This document shows, piece by piece, positions 31,215 through 44,602 of a stretch of 64,000 nt of DNA. Numbering within the stretch: the first letter of the stretch is position 1; each line of letters opens with the position of its first letter. Under the pieces are notes generated by a model that was not told where the DNA came from, made no database searches, and worked only from the letters and a program-made list of their open reading frames with translations. Both the position numbers and the translations under genes were made by a program. Source of the stretch: Actinomycetota bacterium (GTDB lineage: Bacteria; Actinomycetota; Thermoleophilia; RBG-16-64-13); contig JAHJSA010000023.1 in NCBI GenBank assembly GCA_018830645.1, positions 7,482 through 71,481 on the forward strand, in the 5' to 3' direction.

Positions 31215-32708
31215 CTATGCCGGCACGCCGGCCCCAGCGATCTCTTTGAGCGCCTCGGCCACCGCAGGCTCCAGCGGGATCGGCGCGTGCGTATCGGCCA
31301 CCTCCCAGGCACGGGCGCGGGCACGGGCCACAGGGTCATCGGTGCCCGGGTCCATCCGTGCCCGCGAAAGCAGCTGAGGCCGCCACATGAGGCGCGCGTG
31401 CCGCATCGAATGCTTGGTGGCGAGGAAGTGCCCTCGGGGACCCACCTGCGCAATCGTTTCGAGCGCCAAGGTATCGTCGTCGACTTGAATGGGGCGCGCC
31501 GTGAAGGTGAGGGCGTTCCACAACTCCACGCCCAGAAGTAGCTCCGCCGGATCGCACACCGTCGCATTCTCGAGGAGACCCGGCCCCACCATCGCGTCGG
31601 GCCTCGCGAGCAGTATCATCGTCCCGGTAAGAGCGTCTTCGAAGGCCGACTGCCAGCCCACCCGAGTCGAGCCGCAGGCCATGCCGCCCATGAGAGATGG
31701 CAGCTTGTAGAAGCGGGCCATAGCAGTGGCGGCATTGGTGACCATGGCTTCCTCCGGTGCTCCACCGGCCATGCGGCCGGTCAACGGGTCGAGGACGCTG
31801 GTCATGCAGCTGTAGAAAGCCCTGGCTCCGGGACAAACCAGCCCCAGCGTCGCCAGGGTGCCGATGATCTCCGCGTTCACGATCACCAGATTCCCGGCGG
31901 GACTCGCCGGAGCAGTTCCACAGGCGAGTGGCATCGACACGATGCCCACGGGCACGCCCGCCTCAGCGAACACGAACGCCGCCTCCAAGGCCTCACCCTC
32001 GTTGGCAAGTGGGCTGATGGAACACTGGAAGTTGGACATCACGGGGCGGCGGCGAAGCTCGTCGGCGCCGCCGGCCACGAGCCGCGCCATCTCCACGGCC
32101 GCGCGCGCCTGGTGGGGCTTGGTGACGGTCATGCACTGCACGTGCTTCCCCGTGTTGGCGAAGGTGGCCTCGAGCTCCCAGAGCGGCTGCCTCTCCACCG
32201 GCCGGTCCAGGGCGCTCACCATCTGCCACGCGAAGGCGATCTCTGGGAGGGCGTCGCAGATGCGGGTCAGAGCCGCCAGATCATCGTAGGTGGAATCCCG
32301 CCACTCCCCCGTGAACCGATCCACCATCAGCATGCCGCACCCGCTCGGGCCAAGGTAGGTGGTACAACCGTCCAGTGCCAAGTCGAAGCGCTCGTCGCGG
32401 GCAGCGAAGACGCAGTCTCGCGACAGGAACGAAAGCCCCTTCTCCACGAGCTCGGCGGACATGCGCACCCGGGTGCCTTCGACGCTCGCCCCGTGTTCAG
32501 CGAGCACCCCCAAGCCCCGCTCCCACGGGATGTCGAGCCCCACAGACCCAAGAACGTCCAAGGTGGCCTGGTGCACGCGGTGCACACCATCTTCGCCGAG
32601 CAGATCCAGCCGCGGCAGGTCGGTCGGCGGCAGGAACGCTCCTGGCTGGGAGCCGCCGGCTGCGCCTGCCGGCGCGGTCGACGGCGGCGGTCGGTAGTCG
32701 TTGCTCAC
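31215..32708 (-). CDS. MttB-superfamily methyltransferase without Pyl
   Basis: MttB-like features (ARDERFDL, NTGKH, GTAPASPAG..NAE); uninterrupted ORF with Ala at the Pyl-equivalent position by ungapped alignment. Confidence 0.85.
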   Translation of the reverse strand: MSNDYRPPPSTAPAGAAGGSQPGAFLPPTDLPRLDLLGEDGVHRVHQATLDVLGSVGLDIPWERGLGVLAEHGASVEGTRVRMSAELVEKGLSFLSRDCVFAARDERFDLALDGCTTYLGPSGCGMLMVDRFTGEWRDSTYDDLAALTRICDALPEIAFAWQMVSALDRPVERQPLWELEATFANTGKHVQCMTVTKPHQARAAVEMARLVAGGADELRRRPVMSNFQCSISPLANEGEALEAAFVFAEAGVPVGIVSMPLACGTAPASPAGNLVIVNAEIIGTLATLGLVCPGARAFYSCMTSVLDPLTGRMAGGAPEEAMVTNAATAMARFYKLPSLMGGMACGSTRVGWQSAFEDALTGTMILLARPDAMVGPGLLENATVCDPAELLLGVELWNALTFTARPIQVDDDTLALETIAQVGPRGHFLATKHSMRHARLMWRPQLLSRARMDPGTDDPVARARARAWEVADTHAPIPLEPAVAEALKEIAGAGVPA

Positions 32709-32751
32709 GCCGTATGTCCTCCTTCGAGTGTGGGGCGATCAGGCCGTTGCA

Positions 32752-34158
32752 CTACAGCTCCGCATTGAGCTTCTTTCGGAGGGTTTCGACGGAGGCTATC
32801 TCCACCCCCAACAGCCTCCCGATGCGCGCCTTGGCCGCCAGGCCTCGGGCGGCGCCCGGCATCGCCGTCACCACGCCGATATCGAGCTCCTCACGCAGTT
32901 CTCGCATGACCACCTCGTCGGAGAGGTCGCTGACGCCGACTCCGAGCTTGCCGGCCACGAACGCTTTCGCCTCTGAGATCCGCATCTTGCGATGGAGTTG
33001 CATCCTGGCGACCAGATCTCCGGCCGCGCGGATGCCCCCCATCCCGGAGGCGAGCACGTGTGCCATGGGCATCCCTACGGGATCGCCCACGCCCACCTAT
33101 AACCCGTCCACGCGCCCGATCTCCACCATGGCCACGCTCGCTCGGGTCACGGCGTCCACCGGCGGGGTCTCGCACATGGGCACTCCCCCCACTCCCATGC
33201 CCACATTCGCGTGTATAGGGATGGAAGCGGCCTCGGAACAGGCCTTGACGAAGGTAACCGCCCGGGCGACGTTCCACGCACACGACCTGCGGGTGTTGGT
33301 GTTGACGACAGGGCCGAACACGGCGGCGCCCGCCTTCTCGACCAACTTCACCTGCTGGTGCGGATAGAGACCGGCCAGCCGCTCTCCCTTGTACGTGACC
33401 TCGCCGTGCATGCCGAGTACGAACTCGGCGGCCATACCCACCTGGATCGACAGGTGCGTGTTCGCGGAGAGCTCCTCGACCGCCAGAAGAGTGGCCAGGA
33501 ACTCGGCATCGCCCGCCGAGGCGGTGGTGTCGAAGTCCAGACCGTCTGCTCCGGCGTCTGCCATCTTCCTACCCACGTACACCATGTCGCGGGTGCAGGC
33601 CTCGGCCGCTGCCAGCTGCGCCGCTCGGGCCTCCTCGATCTTGCCCTCAGGGAGCAGATCAGAGGGGTTGCCGAACGGGCCGTCGGGCCGGGCGTAGGTG
33701 GCCAGGTTCGGCATCGCCCCGTAATACACGGGGATGATGGTGCCGAGTAGCACGCTCTCCATGCATTGCTGCTCGTTGGCGACGATGGGCTTCACGGGTT
33801 TGTACGAGTAGTCCGGGTGGCCGAGTTCGATGGTGTCGAAGCCGAAGGCGCGCTCGAAGAGACGGATGGCCTGTTCTCGCGACACCGGCACCCCGACGCC
33901 GCTGTCTCCCTGCTCGGCGTACAACGAACCCGCCACGCCGTCGTCGCTGAGCACGACCTCACGGCCGGGCTCCACTCCCACGATGCGCCCGGGATAGGCG
34001 AAGAGGTCGAATAGGTGGTCGCGCTCCTGCTCGGTGATGGTAGGGATACGCCCGCGGTCGGCCGCGTCTTCCGTGCCGGCCAGGATGTCGGCACGGACCT
34101 TGTCCGAGGACATCGCCTCAACGCGCCCATCGCCCATGCGCATGCGGTGGCTCGGCAT
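32752..34158 (-). CDS. mtbB: Dimethylamine:corrinoid methyltransferase, Pyl at codon 354 (TAG 33097-33099), 468 aa
   Basis: [35 protein letters not shown]; two ORFs abut in frame across the TAG. Confidence 0.95.
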
Positions 34159-35639
34159 CAGTTTCCTCCTTGGTTCCGGGCCGGACGGCCCAGGTGTTTC
34201 GCGATGACCGCCTCAGCTTCCGGGGGCAACGGCGCTACAGAGTGCTTGGCGAGGATCCTTCGGGCAACGGCGAGCGCCCGAGCGTGGGCGTCCTCACCCC
34301 CGCGCTTCTCCCAGGCGCCCCGCATGCGACGGTCGATCACCTGAGCCTCCGACTGCTCGCGACGAGCCAGTTCCCGGGTATGCCTCTCGCGCAGGAAGTT
34401 GCCATCGGACCCTACTCTCAGAATGGATTCGAGACCGATGGAGGCGACATCGCTGCGGATGCCTTCGAGCACCCGCCGGTTCATGCGTGCGATCTCGTCA
34501 TCCATCACCATCTGACCGAAGTCGAAGGTCAGGCCTAATTCGAGCATCCCCATGCCATAGATCAGGTTGGCCCCTGCCAACGCTGGTAACAGACTGGTGA
34601 GGGTCTTCTCGTGGCCCGCCTGCACGTCGGGTAGTTTGCTGTCTGCCTAACCGCCGGCCACCCAGCAGGGCAGGTAGTAGAACTCACTCATCTCGGCGAC
34701 GGCGGCGGAGATGAGGGCGAGTTCGGGAGCTCCGACGGGCGCAGTGGCGTGGCGCAGGTCGAAGGTGGTGGTGCTGCTGCCGTAGATGACCGGAGCCCCG
34801 GGGCGGGTGAGTTGAGCGAGCGTAAGCGCCGAGAGCACCTCCGCGTTGTGGGTGACCATGGTGCCGGACAGGCTGATCGGACCGGTCGCCCCGGCCATGG
34901 CCATGGAGATGACGTTCGAGGCGATCCCGTGGCGCGCGCACCCCATCATGATCTCCGGGGTGGGCGAGTAGAGGGCCAGGGGACTCGTGGGGCAGGTGTC
35001 GATGGAGAATATGGGGCGCTCGCGCAAGGCTTCAGCCCCGCCGACCACCGCTGCCCCGATCTCGGCGAGTTCATCGATCTGCTCTCCGGTCTCGACGCCC
35101 GCGTGCACGTGCTTCGTGGTATTGCGGAGCGCCGCGACGAAGCCCTCCAGGTAGGCGCTCTCGGAGGGCACGTCGGTGGGCGTCACCGCCATCTCGAAGG
35201 TATCGCACATCTCGAGGGCGTCGCAGAGCCGAGCTATGCGGGCGAGATCGTCCAGGGTGGAGTCCCGGTGCTCCCCCGTCTCGAGATCGTAGACTTTGGT
35301 GCCCTCACCGAAGTTGGTGTAGCCCACCGAACGGCCGCCCATGAGGTAGTCGCGCTCGCCATCCCGCGAGGCCAGGAGGATCGTGCCCGGAGCCGACTCC
35401 AGTGCCTCTTCAACCACGTTCCGGGGGAAGCGGACAATCCGCGTGTGGGTGTCCACGACGCACCCTGCCCCGTCGAGGACATCGAGCGCCTCGTCCACCG
35501 GCACCTTCACACCGGCCGTCTCGAGAACGACCAGGGTGGCCTCATGGATCGCTTCCCGACCCGCGGCGCCCAACACATCGAAGCTGAGCCGCGGTACGCC
35601 CGCTCGCTCCTCATCCCTCAGCTTCTCTCTCCACCCCAT
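34158..35639 (-). CDS. mttB: Trimethylamine:corrinoid methyltransferase, Pyl at codon 331 (TAG 34647-34649), 493 aa
   Basis: YGSSTT.FD, GAPE, VAGG-TAG-ADSKLPDVQAGHEKT, YGMGMLE. Confidence 0.95.
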
Positions 35640-35644
35640 ATGCC

Positions 35645-36169
35645 TCAGGCCTTCCTTTCCAGAGCGGGATCTTCGGGGACTTCCCACATATAGCTGAACT
35701 TCTCGTTCCCCAGGATGGTGAACACCTCGGTTGAGAGAATGCTCCCGCCCGGCGCGAGCGGGCCGCCGAGGAACTCAAGGAGCTCCTCGCTTCCTCGGAA
35801 CACGGCTTCCACCAGGAGGTTATAACGACCGGTGCAGTACCCCACCCAGCACACCCGGTTGAGTGCGGCGAAGGCGCGGGCGACCTCCCGCAGATCGCCT
35901 GCGACAACATTCACGCCGATCATGACGTTGATGGGATAGCCGGTGGCCGCAGGGTCCAGCAAACCCACGATCTGCATCACTCCGGTTTCGTGCAACCGTT
36001 CGATGCGTTTGCGCACCGTGGGCACGGACACGCCGGTGGCCCGCGCGATCTCCGCGTTCGGCAGGCGTCCGTCGCTCTGCAGGAGGGCGAGGATCTTGCG
36101 GTCCAGTGAATCAAGGTGCTCCGGACGCGGCTCGCTCCTCCGATGCTCGTCCACCAGACCCCCAGTCAA
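35645..36169 (-). CDS. Lrp/AsnC family transcriptional regulator
   Basis: LDSLDRKILALLQSDGR..AEIA..GVS.PTVRKRI HTH; C-terminal TGRYNL RAM domain. Confidence 0.92.
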   Translation of the reverse strand: MTGGLVDEHRRSEPRPEHLDSLDRKILALLQSDGRLPNAEIARATGVSVPTVRKRIERLHETGVMQIVGLLDPAATGYPINVMIGVNVVAGDLREVARAFAALNRVCWVGYCTGRYNLLVEAVFRGSEELLEFLGGPLAPGGSILSTEVFTILGNEKFSYMWEVPEDPALERKA

Positions 36170-36196
36170 GTGAGCAATGACTTCGCCAACGTATCG

Positions 36197-36243
36197 TTAT
36201 CGCTTCGATAAGTCAATCTCAACATTGATTACCGTTTCGATAA
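36197..36243. promoter_or_regulatory. Two 15-bp palindromic operators 32 bp apart upstream of the lrp-mttB-mtbB operon
   Basis: TTATCG-ctt-CGATAA (36197-36211) and TTACCG-ttt-CGATAA (36229-36243) in an AT-rich patch. Confidence 0.7.
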
Positions 36244-36293
36244 GTACGTCGCCGGAAGGAGCTTCGTATGCCCGCGCGGCGCGGGCATCGGAA

Positions 36294-39497
<3,204 letters not shown>

Positions 39498-39528
39498 GTT
39501 GGGCTCCTCATGGCGGTGTGTGGGATGA

Positions 39529-39557
39529 CTCGGGCTCGGGCTCGGGCTCGGGCTCGG
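39529..39557. repeat. Intergenic hexamer tandem repeat (CTCGGG), 4 full units plus a partial
   Basis: Read directly, about 30 nt upstream of the carB start. Confidence 0.85.
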
Positions 39558-39585
39558 CCGGCCCCGGCCGGCCGCTCCGGGCATT

Positions 39586-40833
39586 CTATCGCCTGAGCGA
39601 CGTCCGGCGGAGAGGCCACTGCACCCCGCCGCATCGGTGCGCACTACCCACCCCCGACTGGATCGCCTGGCGCAGACGCCCCGCGTCCTGCCGCGATCCG
39701 ATTACCACCGCCCCGACGACCCGCCCGTCGTGGAACCAGAGCGTACGACCGCGACCCAAGGCGGGGCATCCGATCACCCTCTGCTCCACACCCTCACCCA
39801 AGGATCGCAAAGCCTCTGAGCTCGTGCAGCCCATGAAGGCAACCCGCCGTTCAAACACCGGCAATACGTTGAACGGGATCTCACCCGAGAGCCTCGCATC
39901 GGCGCCCGCCATGTTGGCTCCTGCCACCGCTCCCTGAGCACACGCACTCGGCCAGGTGGCGAAGGCCTCCACCTGCCCGGTGACGGCGTGGCGCGTGAGC
40001 GCCGCGTCGCCGGCGGCGAAGACATTGGGGATCCCCGTGCGCATACCCGCGTCAACCGCCAAGCCCCGGTCGGCGCGGACACCGACGGGGGCGGCCCAGG
40101 CGGTGTTCGGCGCAGCTCCCTTGGCCGCGACACACAGATCGGCCGGTACGGCGTCGCCCCGGGTAGTCGTCAAGAATCGCCGCCTCCCGGCGTCCTCGAA
40201 GGCGGACGCACCGCGGCCAAGCAGGAAACGGATGCCTGCTTCCTCGAGCCACCCCTGCACTATCGTCGCTTCGCCGACCTCGGCATTCCGGCAGAGGATC
40301 TGATCGGACCGAGCAAGTACGGTCACCTGTTTCCCGAGCTTCCGCACCGCCATGGCGATCTCGAGCCCGGCGAGACCGGCCCCGAGAACGGCCACGCTCT
40401 CGGCTTCCTCCAGACGCCCCTGCAGGATCCGGGCGTCGGCCAAAGTGCGCAGAGTCAGGGGACCGTCGGCGCCGGTCGCTCCGGGCACCTCTTCTCCCCG
40501 GGCCGCCGCCCCCGTAGCGATCAGCAGCGTGGTGTACTTGATCGCCCCTCCCTGCTCCACCAAGACAGCGAGCCTCTCGAAGTCGACTCCGACCACCCGG
40601 GTGCCCGACACGAGCACGGCCTGGTGAGCGTCGTAGAAGCGCTGGTCGGCCAGGGCGAGGCCCTTCTCCTCGACCGTGCCCGCCAGCAGATAGGGCAGCA
40701 GAGCCGGGGAGTACGCCGGGCAGCACTCGGCCGTGACCACGATGATACGGCCCGCCTCGTCCCGACGGCGGATGGCCCGTACCGCGGCCAGACCTGCCGC
40801 GCCGGCGCCCAAGACCACGTAGGTCTCGCTCAC
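39586..40833 (-). CDS. FAD/NAD(P)-dependent oxidoreductase (AorC/NirB-N-like)
   Basis: GAGAAG, LLIATGA, GAGLAGLE, FAAGD. Confidence 0.85.
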   Translation of the reverse strand: MSETYVVLGAGAAGLAAVRAIRRRDEAGRIIVVTAECCPAYSPALLPYLLAGTVEEKGLALADQRFYDAHQAVLVSGTRVVGVDFERLAVLVEQGGAIKYTTLLIATGAAARGEEVPGATGADGPLTLRTLADARILQGRLEEAESVAVLGAGLAGLEIAMAVRKLGKQVTVLARSDQILCRNAEVGEATIVQGWLEEAGIRFLLGRGASAFEDAGRRRFLTTTRGDAVPADLCVAAKGAAPNTAWAAPVGVRADRGLAVDAGMRTGIPNVFAAGDAALTRHAVTGQVEAFATWPSACAQGAVAGANMAGADARLSGEIPFNVLPVFERRVAFMGCTSSEALRSLGEGVEQRVIGCPALGRGRTLWFHDGRVVGAVVIGSRQDAGRLRQAIQSGVGSAHRCGGVQWPLRRTSLRR

Positions 40834-40873
40834 GTGCACGCACCTGTCGGCGCGTCTCCCCGAGGGGCGCGGG

Positions 40874-42727
40874 TCACCGCGTCGCCCCTTCCAGGTCGAG
40901 GGCGGCCAGCTTGGCCTCGGTGGGCCGTCCGTGCGTGTCCCAGCCTCGAGCCTCGTAGTACTGGGGCAGGAGGATATCCAGGCGCGGCAGATTGCCCTTG
41001 CTCGCGCCCGCGGTGAAGGGGGTCTCGAGCATCCGCTTCGGGAGGGTGTCGTCGGCGGCGGTGAGTCCGGCGCCCAGGTTGAAGAGGCGTTCCTGGTTGA
41101 AGATGCGCTCACCGGCCGCCAGGAAGCCCGCTTCACCCCCGAACGAGAGGCCGGTGGCCTTCTCCATCAGGTCGATGAAGACGCGGACGTCGGGCATCCC
41201 GATCACGATGAAGTTACAGATGCCCGAGGAGTCGATCATGCAGTAGAAGTCCTGGATCTTCTTGGCTACCTCAGCCTTCCCCTCCACAGCGAAGCGGTCG
41301 AGGTTCTCGCCGGTCTCGACAATGCCCAGGAGCGAGATGCCGAAGAACTCCACGCAGTGTACCTCTTGGCGGATGTGGCACGCGCCCCGGTTGGACGTGG
41401 CATACCCGAGGGCGAAGCCCTGCCCCCCGCGTGGGTCGTAGTTCGGGAACTCCTGCTTCTTGACGGTCATGCTGAGCTCGGGGTGCCCGTAGCGCTCGGC
41501 CAGGCGATACGAGCCCTCTGCCAGACTGTCGCCGAAGCCTTCCCGGCGGGCGATCTTCTCCAGGAGCTCCACCACGGCCGCACCATCACCGAAACCGAGG
41601 GGCCCACCGCTGTCGGACTCGGGGACAAGCCCCCGCTCGCTCAACTCCATGGCGCAGGCGATGGTCACGCCCGCTGAGATGGTGTCGAGGCCCATTTCGT
41701 TGCAGATGTAGTTGCTCTTCATGATCGCTTCGACATCATCGACGCCACAGACGGCCCCAAGGGAACCCAGGGTCTCGTACTCGGGACCTTCACCTCGTCC
41801 TTTGAACGGCCCGCTCTTGACCTGCGTCACCCGGCCACAGGCCAAGGGGCAGCCGAAGCAGGCTTTGGTCTTACCGACGCCCTTCAGGTTGTAGCGGGAG
41901 ACGGCGGTGCCCCCGATGGCGGCCGCGCCCTCGAATGTGCCCTGTTGGAAGTTGCGGGTGGGCAGGAGGCCCACCTCGTCGGCAAATTCGACCACGTCTG
42001 AGGTGCCGTACTCACCAACAGTGATTGACATGAAGGGGTCCTTGAACTCCTCGCGGGCGGCCCGCACCGCCGCCTGGAAGCCGGCCGGATCGGCCACCCT
42101 CACGCCGCCGCTGCCCCGCACAACGATGGCCTTCAGTCTCTTGGAACCCATGACGGCCCCCACACCTGAGCGCCCGGCTGCCCGGCCGCCGTCGTTCATG
42201 ACGGCCGCGAAGCGCACAAGGTTCTCGCCGGCCGGTCCGATGCAGGCCACCTTGGCCTCCTCGTCGGTCTCGGCTAGGAGCAGCTCGGTAGTATCGCTCA
42301 CCGCCCGACCCCAGAGGTCGCCCGCATCTCGGATCTCCACCCGGTCGTCGTCGATCCACAGGTAGACCGGTCTCGGCGAGGTGTTCTCGACGATGATCGC
42401 GTCGTAGCCCGCGAACTTGAGCTCCGCGCCGAAGTAGCCACCCGAGTTGGAGTTGGCGATGCCACCGGTGAGCGGCGACTTAGTGACCAGGGTGTATCGA
42501 CTCGAGGCCGGGGCCGACGTAGCCGTCAAGGGGCCGGTCGCGAACACCAGCTTGTTGTGGGGACCCAGCGGGTCGACCGTCGGGTCGACCTCGCTGAGAA
42601 GGTAGTGGATGCCGAGCCCGCGCCCCCCGATGGCCCGTTCGAGTACGGCGGTGTCTATGGACTCCGTGCGGGTGGTGCCCGCAGCCAGGTCGACCCGAAG
42701 TAGGCGTCCGATCCAGCCTGCCATCAT
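40874..42727 (-). CDS. Aldehyde:ferredoxin oxidoreductase (W/Mo-pterin AOR family)
   Basis: IGGRGLG, KSPLTG, AAGRSGVGAVMGSK.LKAI, GPEYET, GLDTIS, YATSNRGACH. Confidence 0.95.
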   Translation of the reverse strand: MMAGWIGRLLRVDLAAGTTRTESIDTAVLERAIGGRGLGIHYLLSEVDPTVDPLGPHNKLVFATGPLTATSAPASSRYTLVTKSPLTGGIANSNSGGYFGAELKFAGYDAIIVENTSPRPVYLWIDDDRVEIRDAGDLWGRAVSDTTELLLAETDEEAKVACIGPAGENLVRFAAVMNDGGRAAGRSGVGAVMGSKRLKAIVVRGSGGVRVADPAGFQAAVRAAREEFKDPFMSITVGEYGTSDVVEFADEVGLLPTRNFQQGTFEGAAAIGGTAVSRYNLKGVGKTKACFGCPLACGRVTQVKSGPFKGRGEGPEYETLGSLGAVCGVDDVEAIMKSNYICNEMGLDTISAGVTIACAMELSERGLVPESDSGGPLGFGDGAAVVELLEKIARREGFGDSLAEGSYRLAERYGHPELSMTVKKQEFPNYDPRGGQGFALGYATSNRGACHIRQEVHCVEFFGISLLGIVETGENLDRFAVEGKAEVAKKIQDFYCMIDSSGICNFIVIGMPDVRVFIDLMEKATGLSFGGEAGFLAAGERIFNQERLFNLGAGLTAADDTLPKRMLETPFTAGASKGNLPRLDILLPQYYEARGWDTHGRPTEAKLAALDLEGATR

Positions 42728-43203
42728 CGGTTCCCCCCTTCGAGGCGCATCTTGTCGGCCATTGCCCTGCGCTTGGCCCGCGGCGAGGAGTCCACAGCCG
42801 CGAAGTCGAGGGCTTTGGTAGCACACGCTTCGACACAGGCCGGGTGGCCGCCGCAAAGATCACACTTCCGCACACACCCCCGGCCGTCGTCCTCCACCGC
42901 GCCGAAGGGACAGGCGAGCGTGCACATGTGGCAGCCCACACAACGATCCCGGTTGAGGGAGACCACGTAGCTGCCATCGATCTCGGCGGCATGCATGGCT
43001 CCCGAGGGACAGACGGCCGCACAGGCCGGCTCGGCGCACTGCAGGCACACCTGCGGCAGAAAGAAGGCATCCTCGGTGAAGATGCTCACCCTCACCGCAG
43101 ACTTGCGCGGGTTGAACTCCTCGTAGTGGGCGAAGGAACACGCCGTCTCGCAGGAGCGACACCCCGTGCACCTGTCGACATCGATCACCAGCTGGTTCCC
43201 CAT
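42724..43203 (-). CDS. 4Fe-4S multicluster electron-transfer subunit
   Basis: CTGCRSCETAC, CLQC..PAC..VCP, CVGCHMC..ACP, KCDLC..PAC..AC. Confidence 0.92.
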   Translation of the reverse strand: MGNQLVIDVDRCTGCRSCETACSFAHYEEFNPRKSAVRVSIFTEDAFFLPQVCLQCAEPACAAVCPSGAMHAAEIDGSYVVSLNRDRCVGCHMCTLACPFGAVEDDGRGCVRKCDLCGGHPACVEACATKALDFAAVDSSPRAKRRAMADKMRLEGGNR

Positions 43204-43269
43204 CTCGAACCCCCTCCTCGCGGCATTATGATGAGATCGCACCGGCGCGCCGGCCGCGCATCATGTTGA

Positions 43270-43563
43270 CTAACCTCCCGAAAGCGGCATGAAGAGCCTG
43301 ATGCGATCACCCTCCCGCACCGAGTCGGCCGGCAGCGAATTCCGCCCATTGACGGTGACGAGCACCCTCATTCCGGCGGGTAGCCCACAGACGTCGGTAA
43401 GCACCGCAGCCACCGTACTCCCTGCGGGCACGCTCACCGCGACGGCACGACCGGTCTCGATCCGCGGACGGAACCGTTCGAGACCGAGGTGCAATTGCAC
43501 GGTCACGGCGATCGGCGAAACGGTGCGGTCGGCGCCCGCGCCACGTTCTCCACCTACTTCCAT
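43270..43563 (-). CDS. MoaD/ThiS sulfur carrier
   Basis: VNG..EGDRI.LF.PLSGG C-terminal diglycine; next to aor. Confidence 0.85.
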   Translation of the reverse strand: MEVGGERGAGADRTVSPIAVTVQLHLGLERFRPRIETGRAVAVSVPAGSTVAAVLTDVCGLPAGMRVLVTVNGRNSLPADSVREGDRIRLFMPLSGG

Positions 43564-43833
43564 CCGAAGACCTTCTGTCCGTGACGACGTCTGCGTCTGA
43601 TGTTGTTGTCGTCGACCCACATGCTGACCTCATCGTCGATGAGCACCGCATCGAACGCGACCCCAATCCCGATTCGCGTCTTGTTCCCGCGATTATCCGC
43701 ACGGGTAAGAACGAGTGCATCGTATCGAAATTTATACTCCGGGGGGGGGTCGAGGAGTACTACAGCGCATTCCGACCGCCGGACATGATCTCTCGGCCGG
43801 GTACGCCATCGGCAGAACAGGAGTCGTGAAGAA

Positions 43834-44499
43834 GTGGAACTCGGCCTCGATCAGGACACCAGAGTTCCCCGTCGCGGCCGGCAGCGTCTTCCACGCGTAC
43901 CCTCCCGCAGTCCCGCGAGCTCCTTGCCCCCGACGGCGCGCAAGATCCTCATCGCCGCCAAGCACCTGCTCACGACCCGGGGCCTAAGCGCCCTCACCCT
44001 AGAGACCGTGACCAACAGAGCAGGCGTCAACAAGGCTCTGGTGCGCTACTACTTCGGGAGCAAAGCTGGATTGATCGAAGCCGTGGTCGACGAGATCGTT
44101 CTGGACGAGTGCGCGTCCATGGCGAACGACCTCTCAGCCAACACGACCGTGGCCGAACGCGTGCGGAGTTTCGTGGCGAGTGTCCGCCGAATGGCTACGA
44201 ACGTCGACGGCTACCGGGCCTTCTTCGACGTACTCCCTCACGGCGCCCGCGATCGCGGCCTCCGCCGAAGGCTCACGTACCTCTACGACCTCTGGTACGA
44301 GTGGAACCTGGAGTGGCTCGGCCTCGACGACGCGACCGCGGATGACGAACGCGCCGCTGGATTGCGGGCGATGGGCGCCTTCACCGCCGCCGTCATCGAC
44401 GGTATCGCCGTGCAGGCCTTGATCCACGGCGCCGAGTACGACGTCGAGCCGACGCTCGACATCCTGGAGCGCTGCCTGCTCCGCATGCTGGAGGAGTAG
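43834..44499 (+). CDS. TetR family transcriptional regulator
   Basis: ILIAA..L...G....T...V...AGVNKALVRYYFGSK HTH. Confidence 0.9.
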   Translation: MELGLDQDTRVPRRGRQRLPRVPSRSPASSLPPTARKILIAAKHLLTTRGLSALTLETVTNRAGVNKALVRYYFGSKAGLIEAVVDEIVLDECASMANDLSANTTVAERVRSFVASVRRMATNVDGYRAFFDVLPHGARDRGLRRRLTYLYDLWYEWNLEWLGLDDATADDERAAGLRAMGAFTAAVIDGIAVQALIHGAEYDVEPTLDILERCLLRMLEE

Positions 44500-44524
44500 C
44501 CGCAGGGCGATCGAAACGACGGAA

Positions 44525-44554
44525 GCCGGTCCGCCCCCGAAGGGACGGACCGGC
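44525..44554. terminator. Hairpin between convergent tetR and mttB
   Basis: GCCGGTCCG..CGGACCGGC stem. Confidence 0.65.
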
Positions 44555-44602
44555 CTCGTTCAAGCCACCAACGCAGTGGCTCGCGCCCGCTCTGGGTTCC
44601 GC

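Noticed and set aside
32700..32754. Readthrough fusion of mtbB1 to the non-Pyl mttB (also mtbC-mtbB and mtmB-permease)
   Set aside because: The downstream genes are not in frame with those TAG stops
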